64,000 bases of DNA from positions 132,706 through 196,705 of the forward strand of contig JBEKXF010000002.1 in the NCBI GenBank assembly GCA_049512315.1. The letters are read 5' to 3'. How positions within the stretch are numbered: the first letter of the stretch is position 1; each line of letters opens with the position of its first letter. Below the pieces are notes generated by a model that ran no database searches, was not told the origin of the DNA, and saw only the letters and a program-made list of their open reading frames with translations. The DNA comes from Candidatus Aminicenantales bacterium. GTDB taxonomy: Bacteria > Acidobacteriota > Aminicenantia > Aminicenantales > Saccharicenantaceae. Of the stretch, positions 1-9,532 are shown piece by piece. The position numbers and the translations under genes were made by a program.

Positions 1-2
1 CC

Positions 3-155
3 ATCCGGAACTGCCGGGCCGCCGAGGGCACGGGAACGTTCCTGCTCTTTTCGGGAAAAGGGACCCGGAACATCGTCCTCGCGGCGAACGATCTCCGCCG
101 AGCCAAGACCGGGTTCAGCCTCGCCGATGGGGCCGTGGAAAAAGGAATTGAAATA
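3..155 (+). CDS. 3' end of an upstream gene of unknown function (partial at window edge)
   Basis: Frame 3 reads a protein-like tail (…GTFLLFSGKGTRNIVLAANDLRRAKTGFSLADGAVEKGIEIKN) ending at TGA 153-155, followed by an AT-rich spacer. It is too short to assign a function. Confidence 0.3.
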
Positions 156-215
156 AAGAATTGAATTTTGCCGGCCGTTTGACTAAATTGGTTCTTCCAT
201 CTCCTTGGAGGCTCC

Positions 216-1529
216 ATGCGGAAGATTCGGACTCCCAGCCCTCTCGAAGGGATTCACCCCCGGATCCGGGCCCGTTTCCCCCTGATCGACCGGGACTCGC
301 AGGGCCGGCAGAGGATCTACCTCAACAGCGGCGCGGGCAGCCTGATGGTCGATACCGCCATTGAGGCGGCGGCCTGGGCGAATCGGACCTTCAATCCCAT
401 GCCCGGGGCCGGCTGTGCCGGGGAAGCCGAGACGGCGCGGTTCCACGACGAAGTCCGGGGCATCGCTTCGGATTTTATCCATGCCCGGAGCGGCCGGGAG
501 ATCTCGTTCCATGTTTCGACGACCGCCGCCCTCTTCAACCTGGCCTTCGCTCTGCGTGAAACCATCGGACGTAACGACAACCTGGTCGTGACCGACCTCG
601 ACCATATGGCCAACGTTTCCCCCTGGGAAACCGTCCTGGGTGAAGGAAAGGGCGCGGAGGTCCGGCGGGCCGGGGTCTCGAGCGAAGGGATCCTCGACAT
701 CGATCATCTCCTGACCATCACGGACACGAAAACCCGGCTCCTGGCCGTGACCATGGCCTCCAACGGATTCGGGACGGTCCCGCCCCTGCCCGAGATCGTC
801 GCCGCGGTCCGCAGGAGGTCGCCGGAATGCCTGGTCGCGGTCGACGCCGTTCATCATGCCCTTCACGGCCCCATTGACGTCCGATCCATCGGCTGCGACT
901 TTCTGGCTTTTTCGGGATACAAGGTTTTCGGCCCGATGCTCGGCGTCCTCTGGGGCAACAGAGAGATCCTGGAGAAGATCAGGCCTTACCGCGTCGAGAC
1001 CAACACGAACGAGTCTCCGTGGAAGCTCGAGCAAGGCATGCTCAATAACGCCTCTCTGGCCTCGCTCAAGGCCGCCCTGGAATACCTTCTCTGGGTCGCC
1101 GACGAGGCGGCTACGCCCGGGCAGGCATTTGCCGGACGTCGCGAGAGGCTTGCCTTCGCCATGACCGCCATCGCGGACTACGAGCTGGGGCTTTCCCGTC
1201 GCGTCCTCGAAGGCTTCCGGCGGCTCGGCCCGCGAGGATTGAGCTGTTACGGTCTCAGAGACCCCGACCGGTGCGCCGAGCGCGACCCGACCTTCGCCTT
1301 CGAGATCACCGGTCAGCCCCCCCACGAAACCAAACGGCTTCTGTGGGACGGATACGGAATCCAGATCGGGGACGGGAACCATTATTCCGCCGCCGTTTAT
1401 CGCCATCTCAAAAAGCCCGCGGTCTGCCGGGCCAGCTTCGCCCACTACGACACGACCGAGACCGTAGACCTTTTCCTCTCGGCCCTCGAAGAAACGACCG
1501 GGTCGTCCCGCGGCGAAGGAGCGCGATGA
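216..1529 (+). CDS. Aminotransferase class V (cysteine desulfurase / selenocysteine lyase-like PLP enzyme)
   Basis: 437-aa ORF with a GGAGG RBS 5 nt upstream of ATG 216. It carries the PLP-lysine motif SGYKVFGP and class-V fold motifs (VAVDAVHH…). The antisense 420-aa ORF is low-complexity. Confidence 0.8.
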   Translation: MRKIRTPSPLEGIHPRIRARFPLIDRDSQGRQRIYLNSGAGSLMVDTAIEAAAWANRTFNPMPGAGCAGEAETARFHDEVRGIASDFIHARSGREISFHVSTTAALFNLAFALRETIGRNDNLVVTDLDHMANVSPWETVLGEGKGAEVRRAGVSSEGILDIDHLLTITDTKTRLLAVTMASNGFGTVPPLPEIVAAVRRRSPECLVAVDAVHHALHGPIDVRSIGCDFLAFSGYKVFGPMLGVLWGNREILEKIRPYRVETNTNESPWKLEQGMLNNASLASLKAALEYLLWVADEAATPGQAFAGRRERLAFAMTAIADYELGLSRRVLEGFRRLGPRGLSCYGLRDPDRCAERDPTFAFEITGQPPHETKRLLWDGYGIQIGDGNHYSAAVYRHLKKPAVCRASFAHYDTTETVDLFLSALEETTGSSRGEGAR

Positions 1530-1629
1530 AGATGCTCGCCGGAGGCCGGCAGCTCGCTCCCCCCGTGAAGATCATCGCTGCCCGGAGGACCGGTCAATCC
1601 TGAGGATCGGACAATTCCAAGGAGGTTCC

Positions 1630-3864
1630 ATGAAAAAACTCTCAAAGCTGATGATCCCGCTCCTCCTCTTCCTGGCCGGGCTCTCCGCCGCGCCGTCGTT
1701 CTCCCAGACCAAGCCTGTCGCGAAGCCCGTGCTGGGCAAGGAAAGGATCGTCGGCCGGGCGCTTTATGATAAGCTCCGGAAAGAAGGCCGGACGCTCGTC
1801 AAGCTCGACGGCCTCGCCAACCTCAACTGGACACCCGACGGGAAAGGGTATTTCGTCTTCGAAGACGGCACGTTCAAGAGGGTCGACCTCGCGACCGGCG
1901 AAAAGTCCCCCCTCTTCGACGACGCCAAGCTCCTGGCCGCCGTGAATGCCGCGACCGGCCGGCAGGACGCTAAGCTCTTCTTCAACAGGTTCCAGTTCCT
2001 CGATGACGGGAAAAAGATCCAGTTCTCAGGCTTCAACAAGGTCTTCATCTACGATCCCGCGACCGGCAAGCTTTTCTCCTACGAACCCGAGCGGACAGTC
2101 ACCGGCGTCCGCGGCCGCGGCTACGGCGACATCCTTTCGCCGGACCTCAGGTACCGGGCCTTCACCCGGAGCTACAACCTTTATATCAAGGACATGGACG
2201 GCAACGAGACGGCCTTGACTGCGGATGGGGGCGAGGACCTCCGGAACGGCTTCCCCGACTGGGTCTACCCGGAAGAGCTGGGCCAGTACCAGGCCTTCTG
2301 GTGGTCGCCCGATTCGAAGAAGATCGCCTTCATGCAGTTCGACGAGAGCCCGGTGGCCAAGTATCCCATCGTCCACGACGTGGCCCCCATGCCGCGCTAC
2401 GAGCTTCAGGGTTACCCCGTGCCGGGCGCCAACAACCCGGTCGTCCGGCTCTTCATCGTCGACATCGCCACGAAGAAGCTCGCCCGCCTCGAGACCGGCG
2501 ACGACCTCGACGTCTATCTCTATCGGGGCCAATGGACGAACGATGGGCGGGAGTTCACCTACCACCGCCTCAACCGGCTCCAGAACCGGGTCGAGGTCTT
2601 CGCCGCCGACCCGGCCACGGGCAAGAGCCGTCTCGTCCTCAAGGACGAGGATCCCTGCTACATCGACGAGCAGACCGACCTCGACTTCCTCAAGGACAAC
2701 CAGCGCTTCCTCTGGACCTCGGAGCGGAGCGGCTGGCGGGAAATCTACCTCTACGGCCTCGACGGAAAGCTCATCAAACAGCTGACCAACGCCAGCCTCC
2801 CGGTCCAGACGATCCTGGGCATCGACGAGGCCGGCGGCTGGGTTTATTTCACGGGAGCCGGGAACAACGGCACGGAGAGCCATCTCTACAAGGTGAAGCT
2901 CGACGGGACCGGGTTCACGAAGATGACGAAAGAGCCGGGCATGCACATGGTGAGCTTCGCCCCCGGCTTCGCCTACTACACGGACACCTTTTCGAATTTC
3001 GACCGGCCGATGAAGTCCACCCTCTGCCAGGCCGACGGCCAGGAGGTCAAAGTCATCGGCCAGGCCGTCCCGGGGAAGGAATTCCAGGCCCTCAAGCTCA
3101 TTAAGCCCGAGCATTTCCTGTTTAAGTCGGCCGACGGCAAGTACGACCTGGACGGGCTCGTCTATTTTCCCGCCCATTTCAACCCCAAGGAAAAATATCC
3201 GATCCTTCTCTCGGTCTACGGCGGGCCCGGCTCCAAGGGCATCTCCAACACCTATAAGATGACCGACGGCAGCCAAGCCCTGGCCCAGCTGGGGTTCCTG
3301 GTGGCGGTCTGCGACTATCGGGGCGTCTCCGGGCGCGGCAAGAATTTCCAGAACCTCCATTACCTCAAGCTGGGCCAGGTCGAGCTCGAGGACCACGTCG
3401 CCTTCGTCAAAGCCCTCGGACAGAGGCCTTACGCAGATACGAGCCGGGTCGGCATCACCGGACACTCCTACGGCGGCTACTTCACTTGCCTCTGCCTTCT
3501 TAAGGCGCCCGAGGTCTTCCACGTGGGTGTCGCGGGGGCCCCGGTGACGGACTGGCGGAACTACGACTCGATCTACACCGAGCGTTACATGCGGCGGCCC
3601 CAGGACAACCCCGAAGGCTACGAGAAGGGCTCCTGCCTGACCTACGCCAAGAATCTCAAGGGGAAGCTCTTCATCCACCACGGCGCCGTGGACGACAACG
3701 TCCACCCCACGAACACGATCCAGCTCGTCCAGGCCCTGCTCAAAGAGAACAAGACTTTCGACATGATGATCTATCCCGAACAGCAGCACGGCATCGGCTT
3801 TCAGCGTTACGCCGAATCCCGGGTCGAGTATTTCATCGAGCACCTCAAGCCGGTCGTGAAATAA
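1630..3864 (+). CDS. Dipeptidyl-peptidase IV family serine peptidase (S9B, prolyl oligopeptidase fold), secreted
   Basis: AGGAGG RBS before ATG. N-terminal signal peptide (MKKLSKLMIPLLLFLAGLSAAPSFS). DPP-IV N-terminal beta-propeller region, then a C-terminal alpha/beta hydrolase with the nucleophile motif GHSYGGY and Asp/His motifs (HGAVDDNVH). Confidence 0.9.
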   Translation: MKKLSKLMIPLLLFLAGLSAAPSFSQTKPVAKPVLGKERIVGRALYDKLRKEGRTLVKLDGLANLNWTPDGKGYFVFEDGTFKRVDLATGEKSPLFDDAKLLAAVNAATGRQDAKLFFNRFQFLDDGKKIQFSGFNKVFIYDPATGKLFSYEPERTVTGVRGRGYGDILSPDLRYRAFTRSYNLYIKDMDGNETALTADGGEDLRNGFPDWVYPEELGQYQAFWWSPDSKKIAFMQFDESPVAKYPIVHDVAPMPRYELQGYPVPGANNPVVRLFIVDIATKKLARLETGDDLDVYLYRGQWTNDGREFTYHRLNRLQNRVEVFAADPATGKSRLVLKDEDPCYIDEQTDLDFLKDNQRFLWTSERSGWREIYLYGLDGKLIKQLTNASLPVQTILGIDEAGGWVYFTGAGNNGTESHLYKVKLDGTGFTKMTKEPGMHMVSFAPGFAYYTDTFSNFDRPMKSTLCQADGQEVKVIGQAVPGKEFQALKLIKPEHFLFKSADGKYDLDGLVYFPAHFNPKEKYPILLSVYGGPGSKGISNTYKMTDGSQALAQLGFLVAVCDYRGVSGRGKNFQNLHYLKLGQVELEDHVAFVKALGQRPYADTSRVGITGHSYGGYFTCLCLLKAPEVFHVGVAGAPVTDWRNYDSIYTERYMRRPQDNPEGYEKGSCLTYAKNLKGKLFIHHGAVDDNVHPTNTIQLVQALLKENKTFDMMIYPEQQHGIGFQRYAESRVEYFIEHLKPVVK

Positions 3865-3884
3865 GGACACAAAGGAGTCAACCC

Positions 3885-4973
3885 ATGGCCAAGTTCGAAG
3901 GGGTCAAATGGGCCCCGCGCCAGATGCGCTACCTTCTCCCCGAAAAGCAATTCGGCATCCTGGAGCAGGACGCCAAGGTCTACGGCGTCTCGCGGTCGAT
4001 CTTTTACGCAACCTTCCTCTGTTTCGAGGGCATCCGATTCTTCGCGAAAAAGAATCCCAAGGGCCAGCTCGAGGTCATCCTTCTCAACTGGCACAAGAAC
4101 CTGGAACGGATGCAGAGGGGCATGGCCTTCAACCTGAGCAAGAGCCAGGCCGCCCTCATCCCGACGGTTGAAGAGATGGAGAGCATCATCATCCATCAAT
4201 ATTTCCACGACCCGGCCGTCCGGGCCTTCCTCGGAGAGATGGCCAATGATGGAGTCCAGGGATACTTGAGGCCCTTCACGGTGGACGAGGACCAGTCTAT
4301 GGGAGTCACCTTCCCGGCCCAACCGTCCATCCGGGCCATCTTCTGCCGGTACGACAACTATCTTGGCGAACCTTTCACCGGCGTCGTCATCCCGCACCTC
4401 ATCCGGGCCACGAGCGCCAATAAGACCGGCTGTCTGAAGCTCGGCATCAACTATCTGATCAGCCTGAAGGCCATGGACGCCGCCAAGGACGTCGACCCCC
4501 GGGCCGCGGCCGCCCTCTTCCTGGACGACAGGACCCACCTGAAGCTCGAGGACCGGTGTATCACCGAGTGGGATTCCTCCTGCTGCCTCTTCGGGCTCAG
4601 GGACGGGACGGTCGTCAAGATCCCGGAGAGCGAGCTGATCCTCCCGTCGGTCACGATCCAGGGGATGGTGGCCATCCTCAAGGAAATGGGCGTCAAGGTC
4701 GAGGAGCGGCCCGTGACCTACGGCGAGCTCGTGGACCGGGTCAAGAAAAACGACCTCGTCGTCGCCGCCAGCATCGGGACGGCGGGGATCATGAACCGGT
4801 GCCAGAAGCTCCTCTGTGTGGACAAGGACAATTCCGTCGTGGCAACCCACGTCCCCGACGTGAAGCATCCGCTGTATGGGCGGCTGGCCGAGGCCAAGAC
4901 CCATTACTGGGACATCTACAGGGAGAAGGCCCGGCTCGCGGCCGGGATGAACCTCTTCAAGTATGCGCTCTAA
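3885..4973 (+). CDS. Hypothetical protein co-transcribed with the DPP-IV family peptidase; C-terminal segment weakly resembles PLP fold-type IV enzymes
   Basis: 362-aa ORF beginning 21 nt after the upstream stop, with an AGGAG RBS. Strong GC3 bias. The segment LVVAASIGTAGIMN loosely resembles the BCAT/DAAT signature. No confident family assignment. Confidence 0.55.
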   Translation: MAKFEGVKWAPRQMRYLLPEKQFGILEQDAKVYGVSRSIFYATFLCFEGIRFFAKKNPKGQLEVILLNWHKNLERMQRGMAFNLSKSQAALIPTVEEMESIIIHQYFHDPAVRAFLGEMANDGVQGYLRPFTVDEDQSMGVTFPAQPSIRAIFCRYDNYLGEPFTGVVIPHLIRATSANKTGCLKLGINYLISLKAMDAAKDVDPRAAAALFLDDRTHLKLEDRCITEWDSSCCLFGLRDGTVVKIPESELILPSVTIQGMVAILKEMGVKVEERPVTYGELVDRVKKNDLVVAASIGTAGIMNRCQKLLCVDKDNSVVATHVPDVKHPLYGRLAEAKTHYWDIYREKARLAAGMNLFKYAL

Positions 4974-5026
4974 ATAAAAAGGGGACGGTCCTGATTTTCT
5001 CGGAAAATCAGGGCCGTCCGCTTTTT

Positions 5027-6700
5027 TTAAAGGCTCATGGCGATGAGCATCCAGAACTTGTCCCCGAGCTCGAGGTATTTCTGCATCGCGGCCCGAGCGA
5101 AGTCGTCGGTGTATTTGGTCAGGTGCTGGTTGACCGTGAACGGCTCCTTGTCGGGCGTCTTGCTGCTCAGGATGTCCTGGATCTTTTTCTCGAGCATCGG
5201 CAGGTCGGCGAAGGCCTTCTCCTCGAACTCGGCGATCGTGCCCTGGACCTGGTCCTTGGTCATCCCCCACTTTAAGGTCGCCAGCCGGTTGGCCCGGCGG
5301 AAGGCCCAGTCCGCCGAATCCATGCGGTAGCGGTGCTGGCCGCAGATCTCGAACGCCGGCGGGAGCTCGGTCGCTCCCGCAAAGATGGGGATCCGGGCGC
5401 TCATAGCGGGGTTGTCGAAGGCGAACCAGCAGACGGCGCCGACCGAGGGCGGCAGCCAGCCGCGGACCTGGATGACCGTCGCGTAGGAGCAGCCGGAGAT
5501 GGGGATCGTCCGCTGCATTTGGATCGTGCCCGGCTTGAGGGTGTTGATGAGCTGGATCATGTCCCGGGGCATCCAGGCACTGGCCATCGGGCTGGGGACG
5601 AGCTCGGGGGCCGGCGGCGGCGTCGCGGGGGTTCCCTGCTCACCGCGAGAGCCCCGAGGCTGGCGCTTGGGGACGAGAAGGTTCTTGGTCATGTCGATGT
5701 CGGTCCCGGCATAGGGATCGCGATAGATCCTCAGGATGTCCCGGACCGAGAGCTTTTTCTCCGGCTTGACCGAGAACGGCAGCTCCGGCATGTCCATGGT
5801 CAGCTTGAGGGAGGGAGCCAGAGTGCTCAGAACGAAGAACTCCCGGGTGGAGAACGGCTTGCGGCCGCTGTAGGCTTCCCAGAACTTGAAGGGCTTGCCG
5901 CCCTTCGGGTCCCACCAGCCCATATCCTGGGCAAGCTGGAAGACATTGTCGGAAGCCATGTAGTGGTCGGGATCCTTGAGGTTGATCTCGGAGATGCGCG
6001 GGATGTTGGCGGAGATGCCGACCTGGTCGTCGGGGATCCGGGCGGCCGCCCAGACGGCGCCCTTCTGAAGGGGGCCGGCCCCGAAGATCTCGAAATGCCA
6101 AACTTCCTTGCCGTCGGCGACCGTGATGCATTCCCCGTAGTCGCCGTACCCGTATTGCTTGACGAGATCACCGGCAAACCGGATGGCTTCGCGGGCGGTT
6201 TTCGCCCGCTCGAGCATCAGCCGCTCGACCTCCTCGATCATGAACATGCCCTCATTGTTGACAAGCTCCTGGCGGCCGCCGATGGTTGTCTCGCCGATGG
6301 CCAGTCCGTGCTCGTTCAGGCAGGGATAGGCCGTATTCAGGAACTGGTAGGTCTCCGGCACCTGGGGGATCTCGCCGGTCTGGAGGATGCCCTGGAGGTC
6401 GGCCGGGGTCTCGGTGTGCAGCTTGCCTGAGTAGATCTTGTTCATGGCCTTGTCCGGCCATTTCTGATGGGGAACGATGTTCAACCAAGTCCGGTAGGGG
6501 CCGTCGCAGGTGTGGCAGGTGATGACCGAGCCGTCCACGGTTGCCAGCCGGCCGACCTGGATGGACGTGCACCCGTCCCAATCGGACGGCCAGGGTTTCG
6601 GGGCGGGCCGCGCGGCGGCGGGCAAGGAAACGGCGGCCGCAAAAAAGAACGAAAGGGCGATCAGGGGAAAGAAAGCTTTCTTGCGGGAGGTCGTTATCAT
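5027..6700 (-). CDS. Peptidase C69 family dipeptidase (Ntn-hydrolase), secreted
   Basis: AGGAG RBS. Signal peptide followed by the N-terminal nucleophile context WDGCTSIQVG typical of C69 dipeptidases (PepD/secernin-like). 557 aa. Confidence 0.75.
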   Translation of the reverse strand: MITTSRKKAFFPLIALSFFFAAAVSLPAAARPAPKPWPSDWDGCTSIQVGRLATVDGSVITCHTCDGPYRTWLNIVPHQKWPDKAMNKIYSGKLHTETPADLQGILQTGEIPQVPETYQFLNTAYPCLNEHGLAIGETTIGGRQELVNNEGMFMIEEVERLMLERAKTAREAIRFAGDLVKQYGYGDYGECITVADGKEVWHFEIFGAGPLQKGAVWAAARIPDDQVGISANIPRISEINLKDPDHYMASDNVFQLAQDMGWWDPKGGKPFKFWEAYSGRKPFSTREFFVLSTLAPSLKLTMDMPELPFSVKPEKKLSVRDILRIYRDPYAGTDIDMTKNLLVPKRQPRGSRGEQGTPATPPPAPELVPSPMASAWMPRDMIQLINTLKPGTIQMQRTIPISGCSYATVIQVRGWLPPSVGAVCWFAFDNPAMSARIPIFAGATELPPAFEICGQHRYRMDSADWAFRRANRLATLKWGMTKDQVQGTIAEFEEKAFADLPMLEKKIQDILSSKTPDKEPFTVNQHLTKYTDDFARAAMQKYLELGDKFWMLIAMSL

Positions 6701-6790
6701 CCGGTCACTCCTATAGGAAAGATACGGAGATTATTGAAAACGGAGCCGCCACTGTCAATCTTTTTCTCGGAACTGGGGATCGCCGAAGGC

Positions 6791-8875
6791 TTATTCTTTG
6801 ATGATGACCAGCTCCCAGGGCTGCAGCCGGACGCTGCGGGACTTGGCGACCGCCCTGCCTGTCAGAAGGTCCGTACCGTCCCGATAGGGGTAGATGAACT
6901 CATGGGCCTGCCCGGAGAAGTTGAAAAAGGCGTGGACTGGAGACCCGTCCGCCAGGACGGCGTGCTTGACCTTGACCCCGGCCGGCAGGCCGGCGTCCGT
7001 CAGCGGGATGCCCGCCGCTTGAAGCTCTTGGGCGACGACCTTGGCCTGAAGGCCATCCGAAAGATAAGTCCCCTCGTAGGTCAACGTGCCCTTTCCGAAG
7101 CGGTTCCGGGTGACCGCGGGGTACCTGCCGAAGACGGGATGGTCGTAAGAGGCCAGCGCCTCCGCCTTCTCCGGGACGAGGTATTCGGCCCAGACCGAGA
7201 CCGTGTTTTGCTCCCCGGCCGTGAACGGGTCGCCCTTGAGCCGGATGGGGGCCCTCAGGTTCGAGAACTCCTGGTAGGAGAAGCCGCAGGCCTCCCGGAG
7301 GGGACCCGGCGCCCGGACCCAGCGGACCGTCGAATTTTCGTCGGCGAAGCCGCTCTTAAAAGACATCAGGAGGTGGCCCCCGCCCTTGACATACTCCGAG
7401 AGCTTCAGGAGAAGGTCGTCGCTCGCGACATAAAGGGGCGGGACCAGGATGAGGGCGTAGTCGGCCAGGTTGCGGCTCCCGGGGAAGACGAAGTCGGCCC
7501 CGACGTTGAGCCTGTAAAGGGACTTGTACATCTGGTCGAGGATGGTCATGTAGCCCACCTCGCCATCGAAGGGCATGAAATTGAGCCCGTTCCTCGAATC
7601 CATACTGTAGAGGATCGCGACCCGGTTCTTCTTCTTCAGGTTGGCGAGCGACGGCCCGGCTTTCTTCAGCTCATGGGCGATCCGCGAAACTTCCTCATAA
7701 ACCCGGCCCGGTTCGAGGTCGTGGCCGAGGACGCCCTTCCAGTACGTTTCCTGGCCATAGTGAAGGGAATGCCAGTGCCAGTAAGCGACAAGGTTGGCGC
7801 CGCTGAGGACGTTGGCATAGACCGCGAGGCGCAGCTGGCCGTCGTAGGGCGGCAGCTGGTCCCGGGAATCCCAGCCGGTCGTCTGGGCCGTGGTTTCCGT
7901 GACCAGATAGTTCGTCCCTTTGAGCGACCGGTTGATATCGCCGCAGTAGGCGATGAACTCTCCGTCCATCACGTCCTGGAGCTCCATATAAACGTTGACG
8001 GCCGGGACGTCGAGGAAGGACGCGATCTCGGTCTGGCTGACGTCGCCGGGGAAACCGCCCACGAAATCGTGGGTGATGAACTGGCCGGGTCGCCTGAGGC
8101 CGCGGACGATCTCCGCCTGCCAGCCCAGGAAGTCGACGGCGATCTTCTGCTGGAACCGCTCCCATTCGAGCTTATAGCCGGGGTTGAGGGCCCCGTCGCG
8201 CGGCGGAAGTTCTTCGAAATCGTTGATCCTCTGTCCCCAGTAATTCAAGCCCCAGGCCTTGTTGAGGTTCTCCGGGGTTTTGAACTTTCTTCGAAGATGC
8301 TCGCGGAACGCGGACTGGACATGGAAATCGGCCGTCCCCGAAGGGTGCGTCTCGTTGTCAAGCTGGTAACCGATCACGGCCGGGTGGTCCCGGAACTCGG
8401 CGACGAGCCGGCGGATGATCCGCTCGGCGTATCTCCGGTAGACGGGATGGGTCACGTCCGTCATCTGGCGCAGTCCGTAAGTGTAGCGCGGCTGGTTGGC
8501 CTGCCTGACCTGGATCTCGGGGTGCTTCCTGTAAAGCCAGGCGGGGATGGAATAAGTCGGCGTCCCCAGGATGACCTTGATCCCGGCCTTGTGGACGCGG
8601 TCGAGGACGCGGCGGAGCCAGCCGAAATCGAACACGCCGTCGCTCGGCTCGAGGACGCCCCAGGTCGACTCCCCCACTCTGATGAGGTTGATCCCTGCCT
8701 TTTCCATGAGCTCGACGTCCCTCTCGAGCCTCTCGTAGGGCATGTATTCCCAGTAATAGGACGCCCCGTAAAGGATCGTCTCGAACTTCGGCGCTTCGGC
8801 CCCGTGCAGGGACAGGCCGAGGGCAAACCCGAACCAGAAAGATATCGCCGCCAGGAGTCTCAGGTTTTTTCCCAT
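6791..8875 (-). CDS. Glycoside hydrolase family 42 beta-galactosidase, secreted
   Basis: GGAGGA RBS and a signal peptide. GH42 TIM-barrel motifs (…VGESTWGVLEP…, YQLDNETH with catalytic Glu, VTETTAQTTGWDS). 694 aa. Confidence 0.85.
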   Translation of the reverse strand: MGKNLRLLAAISFWFGFALGLSLHGAEAPKFETILYGASYYWEYMPYERLERDVELMEKAGINLIRVGESTWGVLEPSDGVFDFGWLRRVLDRVHKAGIKVILGTPTYSIPAWLYRKHPEIQVRQANQPRYTYGLRQMTDVTHPVYRRYAERIIRRLVAEFRDHPAVIGYQLDNETHPSGTADFHVQSAFREHLRRKFKTPENLNKAWGLNYWGQRINDFEELPPRDGALNPGYKLEWERFQQKIAVDFLGWQAEIVRGLRRPGQFITHDFVGGFPGDVSQTEIASFLDVPAVNVYMELQDVMDGEFIAYCGDINRSLKGTNYLVTETTAQTTGWDSRDQLPPYDGQLRLAVYANVLSGANLVAYWHWHSLHYGQETYWKGVLGHDLEPGRVYEEVSRIAHELKKAGPSLANLKKKNRVAILYSMDSRNGLNFMPFDGEVGYMTILDQMYKSLYRLNVGADFVFPGSRNLADYALILVPPLYVASDDLLLKLSEYVKGGGHLLMSFKSGFADENSTVRWVRAPGPLREACGFSYQEFSNLRAPIRLKGDPFTAGEQNTVSVWAEYLVPEKAEALASYDHPVFGRYPAVTRNRFGKGTLTYEGTYLSDGLQAKVVAQELQAAGIPLTDAGLPAGVKVKHAVLADGSPVHAFFNFSGQAHEFIYPYRDGTDLLTGRAVAKSRSVRLQPWELVIIKE

Positions 8876-8888
8876 CGGACATCCTCCG

Positions 8889-9530
8889 TCAGGAGACGCT
8901 GTATTTCTTGACCAGGTCGAGGACCGTGCCGTACATGCCTTCCGCCGTCGTCCGGGCGCGGACCGTGAGCCGGACGACGGGCACTTCCCTGTTTTCGTAG
9001 TATTCGACGAGCGGCAGGGTCCGCATCCTGAAGATCACCAGCTTCCGCCGGATGGCCTGGAGCTCGTCATCCGGCCTCTCCAGCCGATCGCCCCCCGTGT
9101 CGAGGAGGATCCTCTCCCGGATGACCTCCGGGAGCGCCTCCAAGCTGATGACGACCTGGATCCTGACGACGTCCTCCATCATCCGGGCCTGGCCGATGTG
9201 ACGCGGCAGGCCGTTGAGGACCAGCCGGTCGTCTTCCCGGAGACCTTTTTCCCGGGCGAAGGCTCGGAGCACCTTGAGGGCGATGGGGAATTCATGGTCT
9301 TCAAGCAGGGCGCCTGTCCGGAGCGACCTCAGGATGACCTCGACTTCCGGAGGGCCAAGGCTCGGAGCCCTCTCCGGGGCGGCCGCCACGGTCCTCAGCT
9401 CGGCGCCGAAGTCGAAATGAAAGCACCTCCGTCCCGCCGCCCCCTTCTCCTCGAGCAGGCGGCCCAGGGGCGTCTTGCCCGCGCCGGTGGGTCCGACGAG
9501 CAGCCAGGAAGGCTGCAACCGGACGTCCAT
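8889..9530 (-). CDS. P-loop NTPase, putative nucleotide/NMP kinase-like protein
   Basis: The true start is probably the internal ATG (MDVRLQPSWLLVGPTGAGKT…) at 9530, 2 nt after the antiporter stop; the upstream part of the track ORF is Arg/Gly-rich junk. Walker A motif GPTGAGKT. Confidence 0.6.
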   Translation of the reverse strand: MDVRLQPSWLLVGPTGAGKTPLGRLLEEKGAAGRRCFHFDFGAELRTVAAAPERAPSLGPPEVEVILRSLRTGALLEDHEFPIALKVLRAFAREKGLREDDRLVLNGLPRHIGQARMMEDVVRIQVVISLEALPEVIRERILLDTGGDRLERPDDELQAIRRKLVIFRMRTLPLVEYYENREVPVVRLTVRARTTAEGMYGTVLDLVKKYSVS

Positions 9531-9532
9531 GG

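Noticed and set aside
183-1445. 420-aa minus-strand ORF antisense to the class-V aminotransferase
   Set aside because: Composition dominated by Gly/Arg/Pro/Asp/Glu runs, no motifs, and it fully overlaps a gene with clear PLP-enzyme motifs; a typical high-GC antisense artifact.
2026-5270. Long minus-strand ORFs (614 aa and 487 aa) antisense to the DPP-IV and following gene
   Set aside because: Low-complexity Arg/Gly/Asp/Pro-rich translations; the sense-strand genes have signal peptide, catalytic triad and RBS.
6467-8911. 814-aa plus-strand ORF across the GH42 gene
   Set aside because: Antisense to a well-supported GH42 beta-galactosidase; translation is Arg/Gly/Pro/Asp-rich without domains.
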